Of a DNA stretch of 29,635 nt, positions 1 to 8,842 are shown one piece after another. The stretch comes from a virus (lineage: Duplodnaviria; Caudoviricetes): positions 1 to 29,635 of the IMG/VR virus record IMGVR_UViG_3300044960_000463; one strand, written 5' to 3'. The translations under genes and the position numbers were made by a program. Under the pieces are notes generated by a model. That model was not told where the DNA came from and did not search any database. It saw nothing but the letters and a program-made list of their open reading frames with translations. The number at the start of each line of letters is the position of its first letter. Position 1 is the stretch's first letter.

Positions 1-500
1 GCAGCCCCGCAGCCCTCAGCCTCAGCCGGCTGTGTCTCAGTGCTAGTCGCAGCCCATAGGACAGCCCCGCAGTGTCTCAGCCTTAACGTTGCAGCCCTCA
101 GCCTCAGTGTCTCAGTGTCAGTCTCACAGCCTCAGCCCTCTGTCATAGTTCCAGCCTCAGCCCCAGCCTCAGCCTCAGCCTCAGAGTATCGCAGCCCCGT
201 TATCGGATTCTAGGGGCTGTGACTCAGCCTAACTTCCATGGGGCTGCAATTGGGCTGTCCATAGGTAGGGGCTGTCCAATGGGGCTGTGGTAGTGCAAGG
301 TTTCAGTTAACAGATAGGACTAGGGGCTGCTAGGGGCTGTCCTATGTCCTATGTCCTAGGGGCTGGAATTCATCATTCATGGGCTGCGGGGCTGTCCTAG
401 GGGCTCATGGGCTGTCATAGGACATGGGCTGTCCTATGGGCTGTCATAGGACATGGGCTGCGGGGCTGTCTTAGGACATGGGCTGTCCTAGTCGAGTATG
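1..500. repeat. Non-coding low-complexity repeat tract: CTCAG/CAGCCC units, then their complement-like GGGCTG(TC) units
   Basis: More than ten CTCAG copies in 1-230 and about fifteen GGGCTG copies in 210-490. The reverse complement of 49-72 (gcagcccataggacagccccgcag) matches 384-399 and 426-443. No credible ORF. Confidence 0.85.
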
Positions 501-620
501 GACATGTCATTACTAGTCATGGCACTATGCCGAAGGAACCGCGCGCGCGGAACATGCGCAGCCGCACAGAGGGGTCCGCGATTCATCGCGCGGGCGATGA
601 GTGAGGTTGGCCTGGCAACT

Positions 621-690
621 CCAAAAAACCAAAAACAAAAAACCCAAAAAAGAGCTTGCCATTTCTGTAAACACCTGCGATAATAAGGGC
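621..690 (+). promoter_or_regulatory. Sigma70-type promoter with upstream A-tracts (UP-element-like); probably drives a leaderless transcript
   Basis: TTGCCA (656-661), 17 bp spacer, GATAAT (679-684); four A5-A6 tracts at 623-651; ATG at 691 lies 6 nt past the -10 box. Confidence 0.7.
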
Positions 691-1059
691 ATGGAATTGG
701 AAGAGAGGTGCCTGGAGTTAGGGGAGTGGGTAGTGGGAGAGGTACGGGCGCGGGGAAGGGAGTGGTTTAAGGGGAAGGAGGGGGTGATAGGGGCGGTAGG
801 GGTGCTGGTGGGGCTAGCGGTGCGGGCGAGTGGGAAGGGGAAGGAGGGTTTGGGGGAGGGGTTGCGGGCGCTGGTGGAGTGGGGTGAGGGGAGGGCGGAG
901 AAGGGGGAGGCGTGGGTAGATGTAGAGCGGGCGCGTGGGAAGTTGAGGGCGGCGAAGAACGAGCTAGACGATTTAGAGAGTGAGTATTGGGACTTGGTGA
1001 TGCTGGTGCAGGGGGCGGAGATGCGGCTGGTGGGGGGAGTGTGGGAGGAGGAGGTATGA
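691..1059 (+). CDS. Hypothetical early protein
   Basis: ORF 601-1059 with start moved to ATG 691 behind the promoter; its stop overlaps the next ATG (ATGA). Confidence 0.65.
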   Translation: MELEERCLELGEWVVGEVRARGREWFKGKEGVIGAVGVLVGLAVRASGKGKEGLGEGLRALVEWGEGRAEKGEAWVDVERARGKLRAAKNELDDLESEYWDLVMLVQGAEMRLVGGVWEEEV

Positions 1060-2156
1060 GTGGGCGCCCGCTGCGGAGCGCGGTATCGCTGTTCAGCGGG
1101 GCTGGGGGGATGGACGTAGGGTTCGAGTGGGCTGGGTTTAAGGTTGTGTGGGCGAACGACATAAATGAGGAGGCATGCAGGACCTATGAGCGGAACCACG
1201 GGGGGATGGTGGAATGCGGCCCGTTAGAGGGGTTGATGGGGGAGGTGAAGCAGCATGAAGGGGTTGACTTGGTGTTTGGTGGTCCGCCGTGCCAAGGGTT
1301 TTCGGTAGCGGGGAAAATGGACTTGGCAGATGGGCGGAGCCAACTGGTATGGCGGTACTTGGATGCGGTCGAAGCGATACGGCCGGGTGCGTTTGTGATG
1401 GAGAACGTTAAGGCGCTGGCAACGTTGGGCAAGTTTGAGTGGGTGCGGCAGGGCATGTTTCAGCGGTGTGCGGAGCTGGGGTATGGGGTTGCGCTGGTGG
1501 TATTGAACGCGGCGGAGTATGGTGTACCGCAATCCAGGGAGCGCATGTTTATGATCGGGGTGCGGGGCAAGCGGAACATGGCCTTGGCGCCCAGGCTATT
1601 TGAGAGGTACAAAGAGCGCCCGAAGGCAGTTCGGCAAATTTTGAAGGAGCTTGGGCCTGCGGGGTGTCTGGGGAACACGAGGGTGTGCCGGGCCAAAATT
1701 ACGCTGGCGGCTAAGCCGGTATTGCGCAAGTCGCCCTATGCCGGGATGCTGTTCAACGGGCGGGGTCGGCCGCTCAATCCGGATGGGTTTTCCGCTACCC
1801 TGCACGCCTCAATGGGCGGGAACAACACGCCGATTGTAGATGAGGAGCAGGTTTATCACGACAAGCCAGGTTGGGTGGTGGGGTACCATGCGCACCTAAT
1901 GCGTGGCGGCGAGCCGCTGCCGCCGTGGGGCGCTCCGCCTTTTATGAGGCGGCTAACCGTCGATGAAGCCATTCGATTGCAAACTTTCCCGGCGGGGTAC
2001 GACTTTTTCGGTAGCCAGAGCCAGGTGTTCCGGCAAATTGGTAACGCCGTGCCGTGCCGGCTGGCTTATGCAGTAGGGCAGGTGGTTCAGGACATCATGA
2101 GCGATGGGTTTGAGGATTTGGCCATGGGCGTAAAGGTCGAGGGGGGTGGGGCATGA
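1056..2156 (+). CDS. DNA (cytosine-5) methyltransferase
   Basis: Motifs SLFSGAGG (I), GGPPCQGFS (IV), MENV (VI), VPQSRER (VIII), RRLTVDE..RLQTFP (IX), QIGNAVP (X); GGAGG RBS before ATG 1056. Confidence 0.97.
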   Translation: MSGRPLRSAVSLFSGAGGMDVGFEWAGFKVVWANDINEEACRTYERNHGGMVECGPLEGLMGEVKQHEGVDLVFGGPPCQGFSVAGKMDLADGRSQLVWRYLDAVEAIRPGAFVMENVKALATLGKFEWVRQGMFQRCAELGYGVALVVLNAAEYGVPQSRERMFMIGVRGKRNMALAPRLFERYKERPKAVRQILKELGPAGCLGNTRVCRAKITLAAKPVLRKSPYAGMLFNGRGRPLNPDGFSATLHASMGGNNTPIVDEEQVYHDKPGWVVGYHAHLMRGGEPLPPWGAPPFMRRLTVDEAIRLQTFPAGYDFFGSQSQVFRQIGNAVPCRLAYAVGQVVQDIMSDGFEDLAMGVKVEGGGA

Positions 2157-2638
2157 ACGCGGCGGTTACGCGGCAGTGGGAGCGGTTAGGTGTGGTGGAG
2201 CAAGCGCAAGGTGGCCTGGTACGGGAAGCGGTAGGGAACACGCTGGCGCTGCGGTGGGCGGCGTGGGTCGCGGGCGGGGAGGAGGGCGCGCTGGCGGCAG
2301 ATGGGCTCGCGGGCAAGCTGGCGGCGAAGTGTGGGGGGTATCGGGAAGCGCTGGCGGCGGCGGGCGGGGTGCTGGACTGGGGTGAAGCGGCTGAGGCAGC
2401 GGTGCAGTGGGCGAAGGTGGTAGGGCTAAGCCCTGGGGTGCAAGCGGTGGTTAACGCAGTGGGGCAAGGGCGCCTGGAGGAAGCGGCGACGCTGCTGCAT
2501 TGGGTATGCGTGCTGGCGGAGCGTTCGGGGGTAGCGGTAGGGCTGGGCAGTTCGGCGCTGTATGCGGTAGGGCTGCTGCTGGCCGGGCATGCGGGCTTGC
2601 GGGCGGCGGTAGCGAGGCAGGTGGGCTATGGGCAGTAA
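2153..2638 (+). CDS. Hypothetical Ala/Gly-rich helical protein
   Basis: ATGA-coupled to the methyltransferase; fills the operon. Confidence 0.65.
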   Translation: MNAAVTRQWERLGVVEQAQGGLVREAVGNTLALRWAAWVAGGEEGALAADGLAGKLAAKCGGYREALAAAGGVLDWGEAAEAAVQWAKVVGLSPGVQAVVNAVGQGRLEEAATLLHWVCVLAERSGVAVGLGSSALYAVGLLLAGHAGLRAAVARQVGYGQ

Positions 2639-3089
2639 TAATAGGTTGCGGGAGCGGGTATGGAGCCTGGCGGAAGCGGCGCGGGTGCTACGGGTGCGCA
2701 CGAGCAAGGTGCGGCAATGGGTGCGGCTGGGCGAGGTTAAGCTGACGGCTGGCGGGCTGTTGGATTTGCAAGGGCTGTTTAAGCTGTGGTGCGTAGCGGC
2801 GCTGGTGCATGCGGGGGTGGGGGCGGCGCGGGCATTTAGGATGTTGCGCAACGAGTTTGCAGAGCGCTGCCCTACGGAGGCGGCTGGTAGTCACATTGTA
2901 GGGTTTGTGTACAGCCAGCTTGGGCGTGAGCTCAAGTCGGGGTTAGGGGAAGCCGTGCTGCAACCGTTCCAGGATTGGGAAGAGGTTGGGTGGGCGCAAC
3001 GGTATGCGACGGTTGGGGTGGTGGTGCCCGTACGCACGCTGGCGCAAATGCTGCTGGCGGAATTGGGCAAGTTTGAGGGTAGGGAGTAG
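2628..3089 (+). CDS. MerR/excisionase-like HTH protein (paralog of 7794-8279)
   Basis: N-terminal WSLAEAARVLRVRTSKVRQWVRLG fits the MerR/HTH_17 pattern; shares F.LW...G...RAFR...NEF.E and VVVP.R with 7794-8279. Confidence 0.7.
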   Translation: MGSNNRLRERVWSLAEAARVLRVRTSKVRQWVRLGEVKLTAGGLLDLQGLFKLWCVAALVHAGVGAARAFRMLRNEFAERCPTEAAGSHIVGFVYSQLGRELKSGLGEAVLQPFQDWEEVGWAQRYATVGVVVPVRTLAQMLLAELGKFEGRE

Positions 3090-3097
3090 GGTTGGCG

Positions 3098-3463
3098 ATG
3101 GGTAAAAGCGAAATGTTGGAGGTAAACAGACTGTTCGAAAACTGCGCGATATTGGGTCGCCAGATGCTGAGTCTGATCCGGAGCAGTGGCTACACATGGC
3201 TCACGGTAACCCTGCACCTCACGCACCCGAAGGACGGTGGCGATCACGATCCCAGTGAGAACTGCTCGTGCCGCCCTATCCGCTACGAGTGGGTTGACCC
3301 TACTAAGGATAGCCTTGCTACCCATGTGGTCTACTTTCACCTCCATAGGATCTACTGTGGTGCGTGGTGGTGGGAAAACATGCGCGCGGTGAGCTTGCCT
3401 GCCTCGGCGCCTGCGCCTGCGCAGGAGTGTGAATATGAAGCGCATGGATGCTGGCGATATTGA
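3098..3463 (+). CDS. His/Cys putative metal-binding protein (paralog of 8836-9093)
   Basis: VTLH..H..D.G.H.....CSCRP..YE...VVY.H.H motif. Confidence 0.65.
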   Translation: MGKSEMLEVNRLFENCAILGRQMLSLIRSSGYTWLTVTLHLTHPKDGGDHDPSENCSCRPIRYEWVDPTKDSLATHVVYFHLHRIYCGAWWWENMRAVSLPASAPAPAQECEYEAHGCWRY

Positions 3464-3749
3464 AGCGTTGGTGGCGGCAGTGCCGGCTGAGCAGCAAGGC
3501 ATAGTGCGAGAGCAATTGCCATGGGTGCTGGGTGCGCTGGAAGCCGGCGATTACCGCAAAGCAGTGAGCTACGTGGTGCTGATGTGCCTGCTGGTTCAGG
3601 ACGTTACGGGCACCGGGGTAAAAGCCCCAGAGGTAACGGCGCTGCTGGGCGCGCTGGTGCGGCAGTATCCGAAGTTCCGGGATGCGCTACAGCTATTTTG
3701 GGACCGTTTGTATGAGTACGTGCATGGCGAGGGTGGGCAGGATGCGTAA
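3435..3749 (+). CDS. Hypothetical helical protein (paralog of 8561-8842)
   Basis: IEALVAAVPAEQQGIVREQLP vs IEALVAAIPGEQQRVVREHLP; AGGAG RBS. Confidence 0.75.
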   Translation: MKRMDAGDIEALVAAVPAEQQGIVREQLPWVLGALEAGDYRKAVSYVVLMCLLVQDVTGTGVKAPEVTALLGALVRQYPKFRDALQLFWDRLYEYVHGEGGQDA

Positions 3750-4083
3750 GCGGCGGGTGTTGGCTAGCGGGGGTGGAGCTGTGGTGCAAGTGCGTTGCAT
3801 ACGCTGCGGGCACGTGTGGCTTCCACGGCATCCGGGGCGGCCCAACAAGTGCCCACGGTGCCAAAAACCAGACTGGGATGGCAAAATTTTGGACGGTCCG
3901 CCGGCACGCCCGGTTAGGGGCAAAGTGGGTTTGGTGCAGGTGATTTTGACTTTGGACGCGCTTGGCGACGCGATATTGGAGTTGGCACGGCACGTAGCCA
4001 ACATGGAAACGCTGCTACAGCGCCTGGTGGCAAGCAGTAAGCATTCCGATGGCGAGCCAACAGCGCTGGGCCGTGGGAGGTAA
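3742..4083 (+). CDS. Zinc-ribbon protein with C-terminal coiled coil
   Basis: CIRCGHVWLPR...P.KCPRCQ..W (CxxC-CxxC). Confidence 0.7.
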   Translation: MRKRRVLASGGGAVVQVRCIRCGHVWLPRHPGRPNKCPRCQKPDWDGKILDGPPARPVRGKVGLVQVILTLDALGDAILELARHVANMETLLQRLVASSKHSDGEPTALGRGR

Positions 4084-4088
4084 GCAAC

Positions 4089-4277
4089 ATGTACTGTTCG
4101 AGGTGCGGAGAAGACGGATGGCCTACGGTGCCGTGCAGTTGCTGCGGCAAACCCATGTGCGAATGCTGCGAAACTCGGGAGTTCGTCGAAAGCGGCATGT
4201 GCCCGGCTTGCCAGCGCTCGGCACTTGCTGCCGGCAGTGGCACAAAAGCGGAGGTGCATCATGGTCAAAGTGAGTGA
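4089..4277 (+). CDS. Small Cys-rich zinc-binding protein
   Basis: CSRC, CSCC, CECC and CPAC within 62 aa; GGAGGT RBS. Confidence 0.7.
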   Translation: MYCSRCGEDGWPTVPCSCCGKPMCECCETREFVESGMCPACQRSALAAGSGTKAEVHHGQSE

Positions 4278-5424
4278 ACTAGCGCCGGCGGTGAACTTGG
4301 CGCTAAGCTGCGCTGGGCGTAGCGGCATTGTGTGGCTGCTAGGCCCCGGGCCGGCGGTGCGCGCGTTTGCGGATGGTGTCGGGGTAACAGCGGAGCCGGC
4401 CGTGGAATCCAGCGAATCCACGCAGCTCTGGCGCGGCATAGACGGTCGGCGGTTAGCCGGCTGGCTGGAGCGCTTGCCGGGCAGTGATTTGGTTGACTTG
4501 CGGTTCGGGGAGCGCTGGCTGGAATGCCGCTGCGGCAAATCGCGTGTGCGCTTGGCCTACGGCGGCCCGGAAGGCGGCTGGCTGCTACCGCAGTCCCCAG
4601 GGGGCATATCCGAGCAAGTCCTTAAGGTCCCGGCGGAGGAACTGCGCCTGGCAGCGAACCTGCTGCTGGGGGTATTCCCGGCCAAGCCCGGCTACCATGC
4701 TCCAGCCGCAGCACTTATGGAAGTAAGCACTGGCGGCGCCGTGCGGTTCCATGCCACCGATGGGCATCGGCTGGCGCACCTAGCGCTAGGGCAATGGGAT
4801 GCCGATGACCCCACGGGCCCCGGAGTGGTGGTAGGCAAGGGCTGGTTGGAAGCCGTAGCGCACGCCTGCGCCTATCGCGGCAATGGCAATGGTGACGGCG
4901 ATGGCAGCGAGCTGGTGCTGGCTGTAACTGCTGAGCAACTGCACTTGCGCTTGCCAGGCGCTTGGGAGCTTGTTGGGGCGCGCACCGTGCAGCCTTTCCC
5001 GGATGTGCACCGGGTGCTCGAAAGCCTTCCGGAAGTGAACGTTATGGTGGATGCTGAAGCGCTAGCCAAAGCCATTCGGTTTGCTTCGGTGGCAGCGACC
5101 AACGTAGCGCTGGAAGTCAACCCGGAAAACAAGCTGCTCACGGTTAGCTCGGCAGCCAATGCCGCGGAGTGGGAATACGCAGACACCGCAGAGCAAACCG
5201 TTGAGCTGCTGGAGTGCTCGGAAGGGGCGCCGCCGGAAAAGGCAGTGTTCAATAGCCGCTACCTGCTGCACGGCTTGTCCGGAATTCGCTCCGATGCGGT
5301 GATGCTGGGCTATCGGGAACGCTTAACCGGCCGGTGGGAACTGGCGCCGCATGGCGATATGTGCCGCGATGGCGCCGTGTGGGACTACCGCTACCTGGTC
5401 ATGCCAGTTGCTGTGAACGGCTAA
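4261..5424 (+). CDS. dnaN: DNA polymerase III beta sliding clamp-like protein
   Basis: ATDGHRLA, FPDVHRVL, FNSRYLL..L and terminal YRYLVMPV are DnaN signatures; ~387 aa; GGAGGT RBS. Confidence 0.88.
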   Translation: MVKVSELAPAVNLALSCAGRSGIVWLLGPGPAVRAFADGVGVTAEPAVESSESTQLWRGIDGRRLAGWLERLPGSDLVDLRFGERWLECRCGKSRVRLAYGGPEGGWLLPQSPGGISEQVLKVPAEELRLAANLLLGVFPAKPGYHAPAAALMEVSTGGAVRFHATDGHRLAHLALGQWDADDPTGPGVVVGKGWLEAVAHACAYRGNGNGDGDGSELVLAVTAEQLHLRLPGAWELVGARTVQPFPDVHRVLESLPEVNVMVDAEALAKAIRFASVAATNVALEVNPENKLLTVSSAANAAEWEYADTAEQTVELLECSEGAPPEKAVFNSRYLLHGLSGIRSDAVMLGYRERLTGRWELAPHGDMCRDGAVWDYRYLVMPVAVNG

Positions 5425-5438
5425 AAGAGGGAGACCTC

Positions 5439-6683
5439 ATGTTCATTGCAGAATTCGAAGTCCTACAACAGGAATTCATTCGAGCGGTTAACGCGCTGGA
5501 CTGCCTGTACCAAAACGCCAATTGCAGCGTGGACGCCTGGTTCGTGTTGAACGTCAGGCGGTCCTATCCGTCCCTGAAGCTTGTGGCTGCTGCGACCAAA
5601 TCCGAAGTGTGGCTCCATATGAGCCTCGGGCCACTGTTTCGCACGGAGCTTGGCCGGCGCGGCAGGTGCGAAATCAAGTTCGACCCAGCGCTCCTGAGAA
5701 AAATGCTCCCGGAAAACCCTAGCAGCAGGCTCGATTTGCGCTTCAGCGGCCGGTTTAAAGACGTTGACCGGCCGGCCTGGGTGAAAGTCGGCGGCTGGGG
5801 CAGCGAAATCGAACTCCCTGGGATCATCAAGGGCCATCCACGCACCTGGCCGGCGCTGAACGCCAGGTGTGATTTCCGCGCCAACGTGAGGTCGCGCAAG
5901 CTGGCAAAGGCGCTCGAAGCCGTTGGCCCAGCGATGTTCTCCTATGACGACATTGTGAGCTTCGAGCTGTGGAGCGATGGCGATTTTCTGGCGCATGCCG
6001 GCAACCCGCGCCGAGTCGATGTGACCGTGCATGGCGGGGAAAAGTTCAAAGGCGCCCAAAAGGACAGTTTCGCGCTTCAGTGGCCGCACTGGAAGCTGCT
6101 GAGCATGATGGTCCCATGGGCGGATCAAGGCGTGACTGTAAAGACCACTCCCTACAGTATGGTCATCTCCGGAGAACATGCCGGGGACGACCTCGAAGGC
6201 GGCCCGTGCTGGGCGCTAACGTTGCCTAAGCTGAATCAGGTGTTCGACTTTCAGGCTGAGAGCAGCAAGCCGCCGAAGGGCGTACAGGTGGTTTACGTGC
6301 CTACCGAGGACCTGATCGGCGCGGTGCTTCGTGCGGCTGATTACCACAGCACCATCTGGCTCGAATTGCCGAAGTTGACCAAGCGGCGCCCCGGCCAAGG
6401 CTATGTCCGAGTCATCGGACGTGACCCCATGCGTGAGGACGAAAAGACCATCCTGGTCAAGGTGGCGAAATCGGAAGCGCCGGTGGAACCCGTAGGGGCT
6501 GCCGTAGACGCCTTTCGCTTGGCCGATGTGCTGCGGCACAACGAAGGCCAACTCGTGGGTCTGGAACTCGGCTACGCCGATGGGCGCATTGGGGTCCAGA
6601 GCCTGGTCCCTGCCAGCCGACTCCAAGAGTCCAAAGGCAGGGATGTGGTCGGCTTCAAAGCTTTCATCCGAGGCGCGAAGTAA
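5439..6683 (+). CDS. Second, highly diverged beta-clamp-like protein (tentative)
   Basis: ~414 aa with three repeats of strand-helix-strands: WPAL..V..RKLAKALEAV, VPTEDLIGAVLRAA, AVDAFRLADVLRH...V.LEL. The TDGxRL motif is absent. Confidence 0.5.
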   Translation: MFIAEFEVLQQEFIRAVNALDCLYQNANCSVDAWFVLNVRRSYPSLKLVAAATKSEVWLHMSLGPLFRTELGRRGRCEIKFDPALLRKMLPENPSSRLDLRFSGRFKDVDRPAWVKVGGWGSEIELPGIIKGHPRTWPALNARCDFRANVRSRKLAKALEAVGPAMFSYDDIVSFELWSDGDFLAHAGNPRRVDVTVHGGEKFKGAQKDSFALQWPHWKLLSMMVPWADQGVTVKTTPYSMVISGEHAGDDLEGGPCWALTLPKLNQVFDFQAESSKPPKGVQVVYVPTEDLIGAVLRAADYHSTIWLELPKLTKRRPGQGYVRVIGRDPMREDEKTILVKVAKSEAPVEPVGAAVDAFRLADVLRHNEGQLVGLELGYADGRIGVQSLVPASRLQESKGRDVVGFKAFIRGAK

Positions 6684-6685
6684 GC

Positions 6686-7330
6686 TTGGCGGTCGGACGA
6701 GTCAAGTATCGGTTGCCGCTTCCTGTGGAGCAGGCTAAGGCCATTGCCGATGGGGTGAAAACGCAAACCCGGCAACCGGTAGTGAGTGCTAAGGTGCTGC
6801 CGTCGAACAAGCTGTTTGCCATGTGGGATCGGAAACTGATGCCATGCCAGCCAGGGGATTACCTGTGGGTCGCTGAGCGCCACCTGCGCATCCCGATTTC
6901 CCGTGGCGGGCGCGTGGAGGATGTGATCCCGCTCAGGGAAGTCGCCAGCAAGCAGCAGTACGATGAGCTGCTGGCCAAAGGCTGGTATCCAATTGGGTCG
7001 ATCTACATGCGCCGGGAGCAGGCGTCGCTGTTTGTCCAGGCGCTGGACGTGTACGCCCAGCCATTGCAGGCAATCACCCCGGAGGATTGCCTCGCCGAAG
7101 CGGTGCATCGCATGAGCTGCTGGCGGTGGGGCCCCGTCCCAGAGCAGCGGCCGTTGCCGGCGGTCGTGGCGCAGCGGTTGCGGGAAGCCTTTCGGGAAAC
7201 CTGGGATCGAGCCATCACCAATGGCAGGACGGACACCGACGGAATCCTGTGGCACGACAATCCCTGGGTTTGGGTGATTGAATTTCGGCTGGCTAGCCGA
7301 GAGGAGGCGAATCAGAATGCGAAAACGTAA
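6686..7330 (+). CDS. ASCH/PUA-like phage protein
   Basis: AIADGVKTQTR, PGDYLWVAE, SIYM.R, LQAIT.EDCLAE and NPWVWVIEF match a widespread phage family; the TTG start is uncertain. Confidence 0.8.
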   Translation: MAVGRVKYRLPLPVEQAKAIADGVKTQTRQPVVSAKVLPSNKLFAMWDRKLMPCQPGDYLWVAERHLRIPISRGGRVEDVIPLREVASKQQYDELLAKGWYPIGSIYMRREQASLFVQALDVYAQPLQAITPEDCLAEAVHRMSCWRWGPVPEQRPLPAVVAQRLREAFRETWDRAITNGRTDTDGILWHDNPWVWVIEFRLASREEANQNAKT

Positions 7331-7589
7331 GCGGGAAGGGCGCCTGGCTTGGGCGCAAATCCCTACAGCGCCGCCGATATACCGAGCCTACGATGCCGAA
7401 ACCGGCCTTGTGGCGGCCTATGTTTGCAAGGGCGGCGAAGGCGCTGGTTGGTCGATCCTGCCGCCAAGGCACGGCGAAGCTGAGCAGCTTCCTAAGCTGC
7501 GCGATGTCGATCTGGAGACCGCCCGCCAGGCGGTGCTGGCTTACTTCCTAGGGAGGGATGGCAATGCGGATGGATCTGTGGAAATGTGA
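7317..7589 (+). CDS. Hypothetical protein
   Basis: GAGGAGG RBS upstream of ATG 7317; overlaps both neighbours. Confidence 0.6.
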   Translation: MRKRKREGRLAWAQIPTAPPIYRAYDAETGLVAAYVCKGGEGAGWSILPPRHGEAEQLPKLRDVDLETARQAVLAYFLGRDGNADGSVEM

Positions 7590-7797
7590 CGCTTGCGGCA
7601 AAGAGTACCGCAGTGTGAACGCCAGTATCTCTATCCACGTGGACGATTGGGCCGACCCGGTAGACGGGCACATTGCGCCGGTGTTTCGGGTGGCCGATCT
7701 GTGCCCAATCTGCCACCTACGGTTAACGGAGTCGCTGATCAAGAATCTGCCGCTCGAAGAGCGAGTGGATTTGGCAGAAAGGCTGAAAGCCCGATGA
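7558..7797 (+). CDS. Small zinc-finger protein
   Basis: CDACG...DLCPIC; ATGA-coupled to the next gene. Confidence 0.7.
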   Translation: MAMRMDLWKCDACGKEYRSVNASISIHVDDWADPVDGHIAPVFRVADLCPICHLRLTESLIKNLPLEERVDLAERLKAR

Positions 7798-8279
7798 AAC
7801 CTAAGCACCGGTTCACCATTTGGCAGCTTGCTCAACTGGTCGATGCCACGCCTGAGCAGATCGAGCGCTGGATCACCAGGAAAATCGTCGTCCTGCCCAT
7901 GGTCGATTACCCGTTCTACACCATCGACGATGCCTTCCGGCTGTGGGTTGGGATTCAGCTCATCAAGCTGGGGATGGATGAGCGCAGGGCGTTCCGGGCG
8001 GCCACAAACGAGTTCACCGAGAACGTGCTCAATGCCGCAGATGGGAGCACGAACGGCTACCTGTTCTGGAAACTGCCAGGCAGCCCAGCGCACTTTGAAC
8101 CCTACTCGCACCTGCCCGATCCTTGGATGGGACCGGCGGTCGTGGTACCCATTCGGGAGATGGCCAAGCTGTTCCTGGACGCAGCGCGGTTCAAGGTGCT
8201 CATCATGGAATCGCGGGAACCACGGCAGCAGGCGCAGCCAGCGGAGGCATCCAATGGAGATTCACCCAAAGGGAACTAG
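7794..8279 (+). CDS. MerR-like HTH protein (paralog of 2628-3089)
   Basis: FTIWQLAQLVDATPEQIERWITR...YTIDDAFRLW; start at the ATGA overlap. Confidence 0.72.
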   Translation: MKPKHRFTIWQLAQLVDATPEQIERWITRKIVVLPMVDYPFYTIDDAFRLWVGIQLIKLGMDERRAFRAATNEFTENVLNAADGSTNGYLFWKLPGSPAHFEPYSHLPDPWMGPAVVVPIREMAKLFLDAARFKVLIMESREPRQQAQPAEASNGDSPKGN

Positions 8280-8580
8280 GGTGGTCAACTGCCGCCGCTC
8301 GCGTTATGACGTATACATCGGGCCCACGAGCGAGTGGGAGAACCCGTTCAGCTACATTCGTGGTGAGGGGAAGATCCATGTGGCCACGCCCGCAGAAGCC
8401 TTTGAGCGCTTCCGTGAGTGGTTTCTGTCTCAACCGGACCTGGTGGAACGCGCCCGCCGCGAACTCAAAGGCAAGGCGCTCGGCTGCTGGTGCTGGCCGT
8501 TCCCTTGCCATGGCGACATTATTGCGGAAATCATTGATCCGGAAGAGGAAGAGGACGAGCATGAGCATGACAGACAGTGA
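8254..8580 (+). CDS. DUF4326 domain protein
   Basis: VVNCRR..YDVYIG..SEWENPF...ELKGKALGCWC.P.PCHGDII; GGAGG RBS. Confidence 0.9.
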   Translation: MEIHPKGTRVVNCRRSRYDVYIGPTSEWENPFSYIRGEGKIHVATPAEAFERFREWFLSQPDLVERARRELKGKALGCWCWPFPCHGDIIAEIIDPEEEEDEHEHDRQ

Positions 8581-8842
8581 GATCGAGGCGCTGGTGGCGG
8601 CCATCCCGGGAGAGCAGCAGCGCGTTGTGCGCGAGCACCTTCCGGCAATCCTGGACATGATCAGCGCCGGTGAGTGCGTCAGAGCGGTGCAGTGTGCGCG
8701 TCTGATGTACTGGCTCGTCGCGGACGAGGGCGGCGGTCGGGCGGCGCCAGAGTTTATGGAGCTGATGGCCGAGATCACAGAGCGGTTCCCTGGCTTCCGC
8801 GCGGCCACGCGGATCTACTGGGGAGGAATGACGAAATGGTAG
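8561..8842 (+). CDS. Hypothetical helical protein (paralog of 3435-3749)
   Basis: Collinear similarity with 3435-3749 to the C-terminal FPGFR...YW vs YPKFR...FW. Confidence 0.75.
   Translation: MSMTDSEIEALVAAIPGEQQRVVREHLPAILDMISAGECVRAVQCARLMYWLVADEGGGRAAPEFMELMAEITERFPGFRAATRIYWGGMTKW

Noticed and set aside
1-500. CRISPR array or coding low-complexity region
   Set aside because: Units are 5-10 bp, irregular and lack unique spacers; the short ORFs here are repeat translations.
525-1199. Pro/Ser-rich minus-strand ORFs (525-1199, 767-1162)
   Set aside because: Shadows of the G-rich + strand; promoter, RBS and MTase motifs support the + strand.
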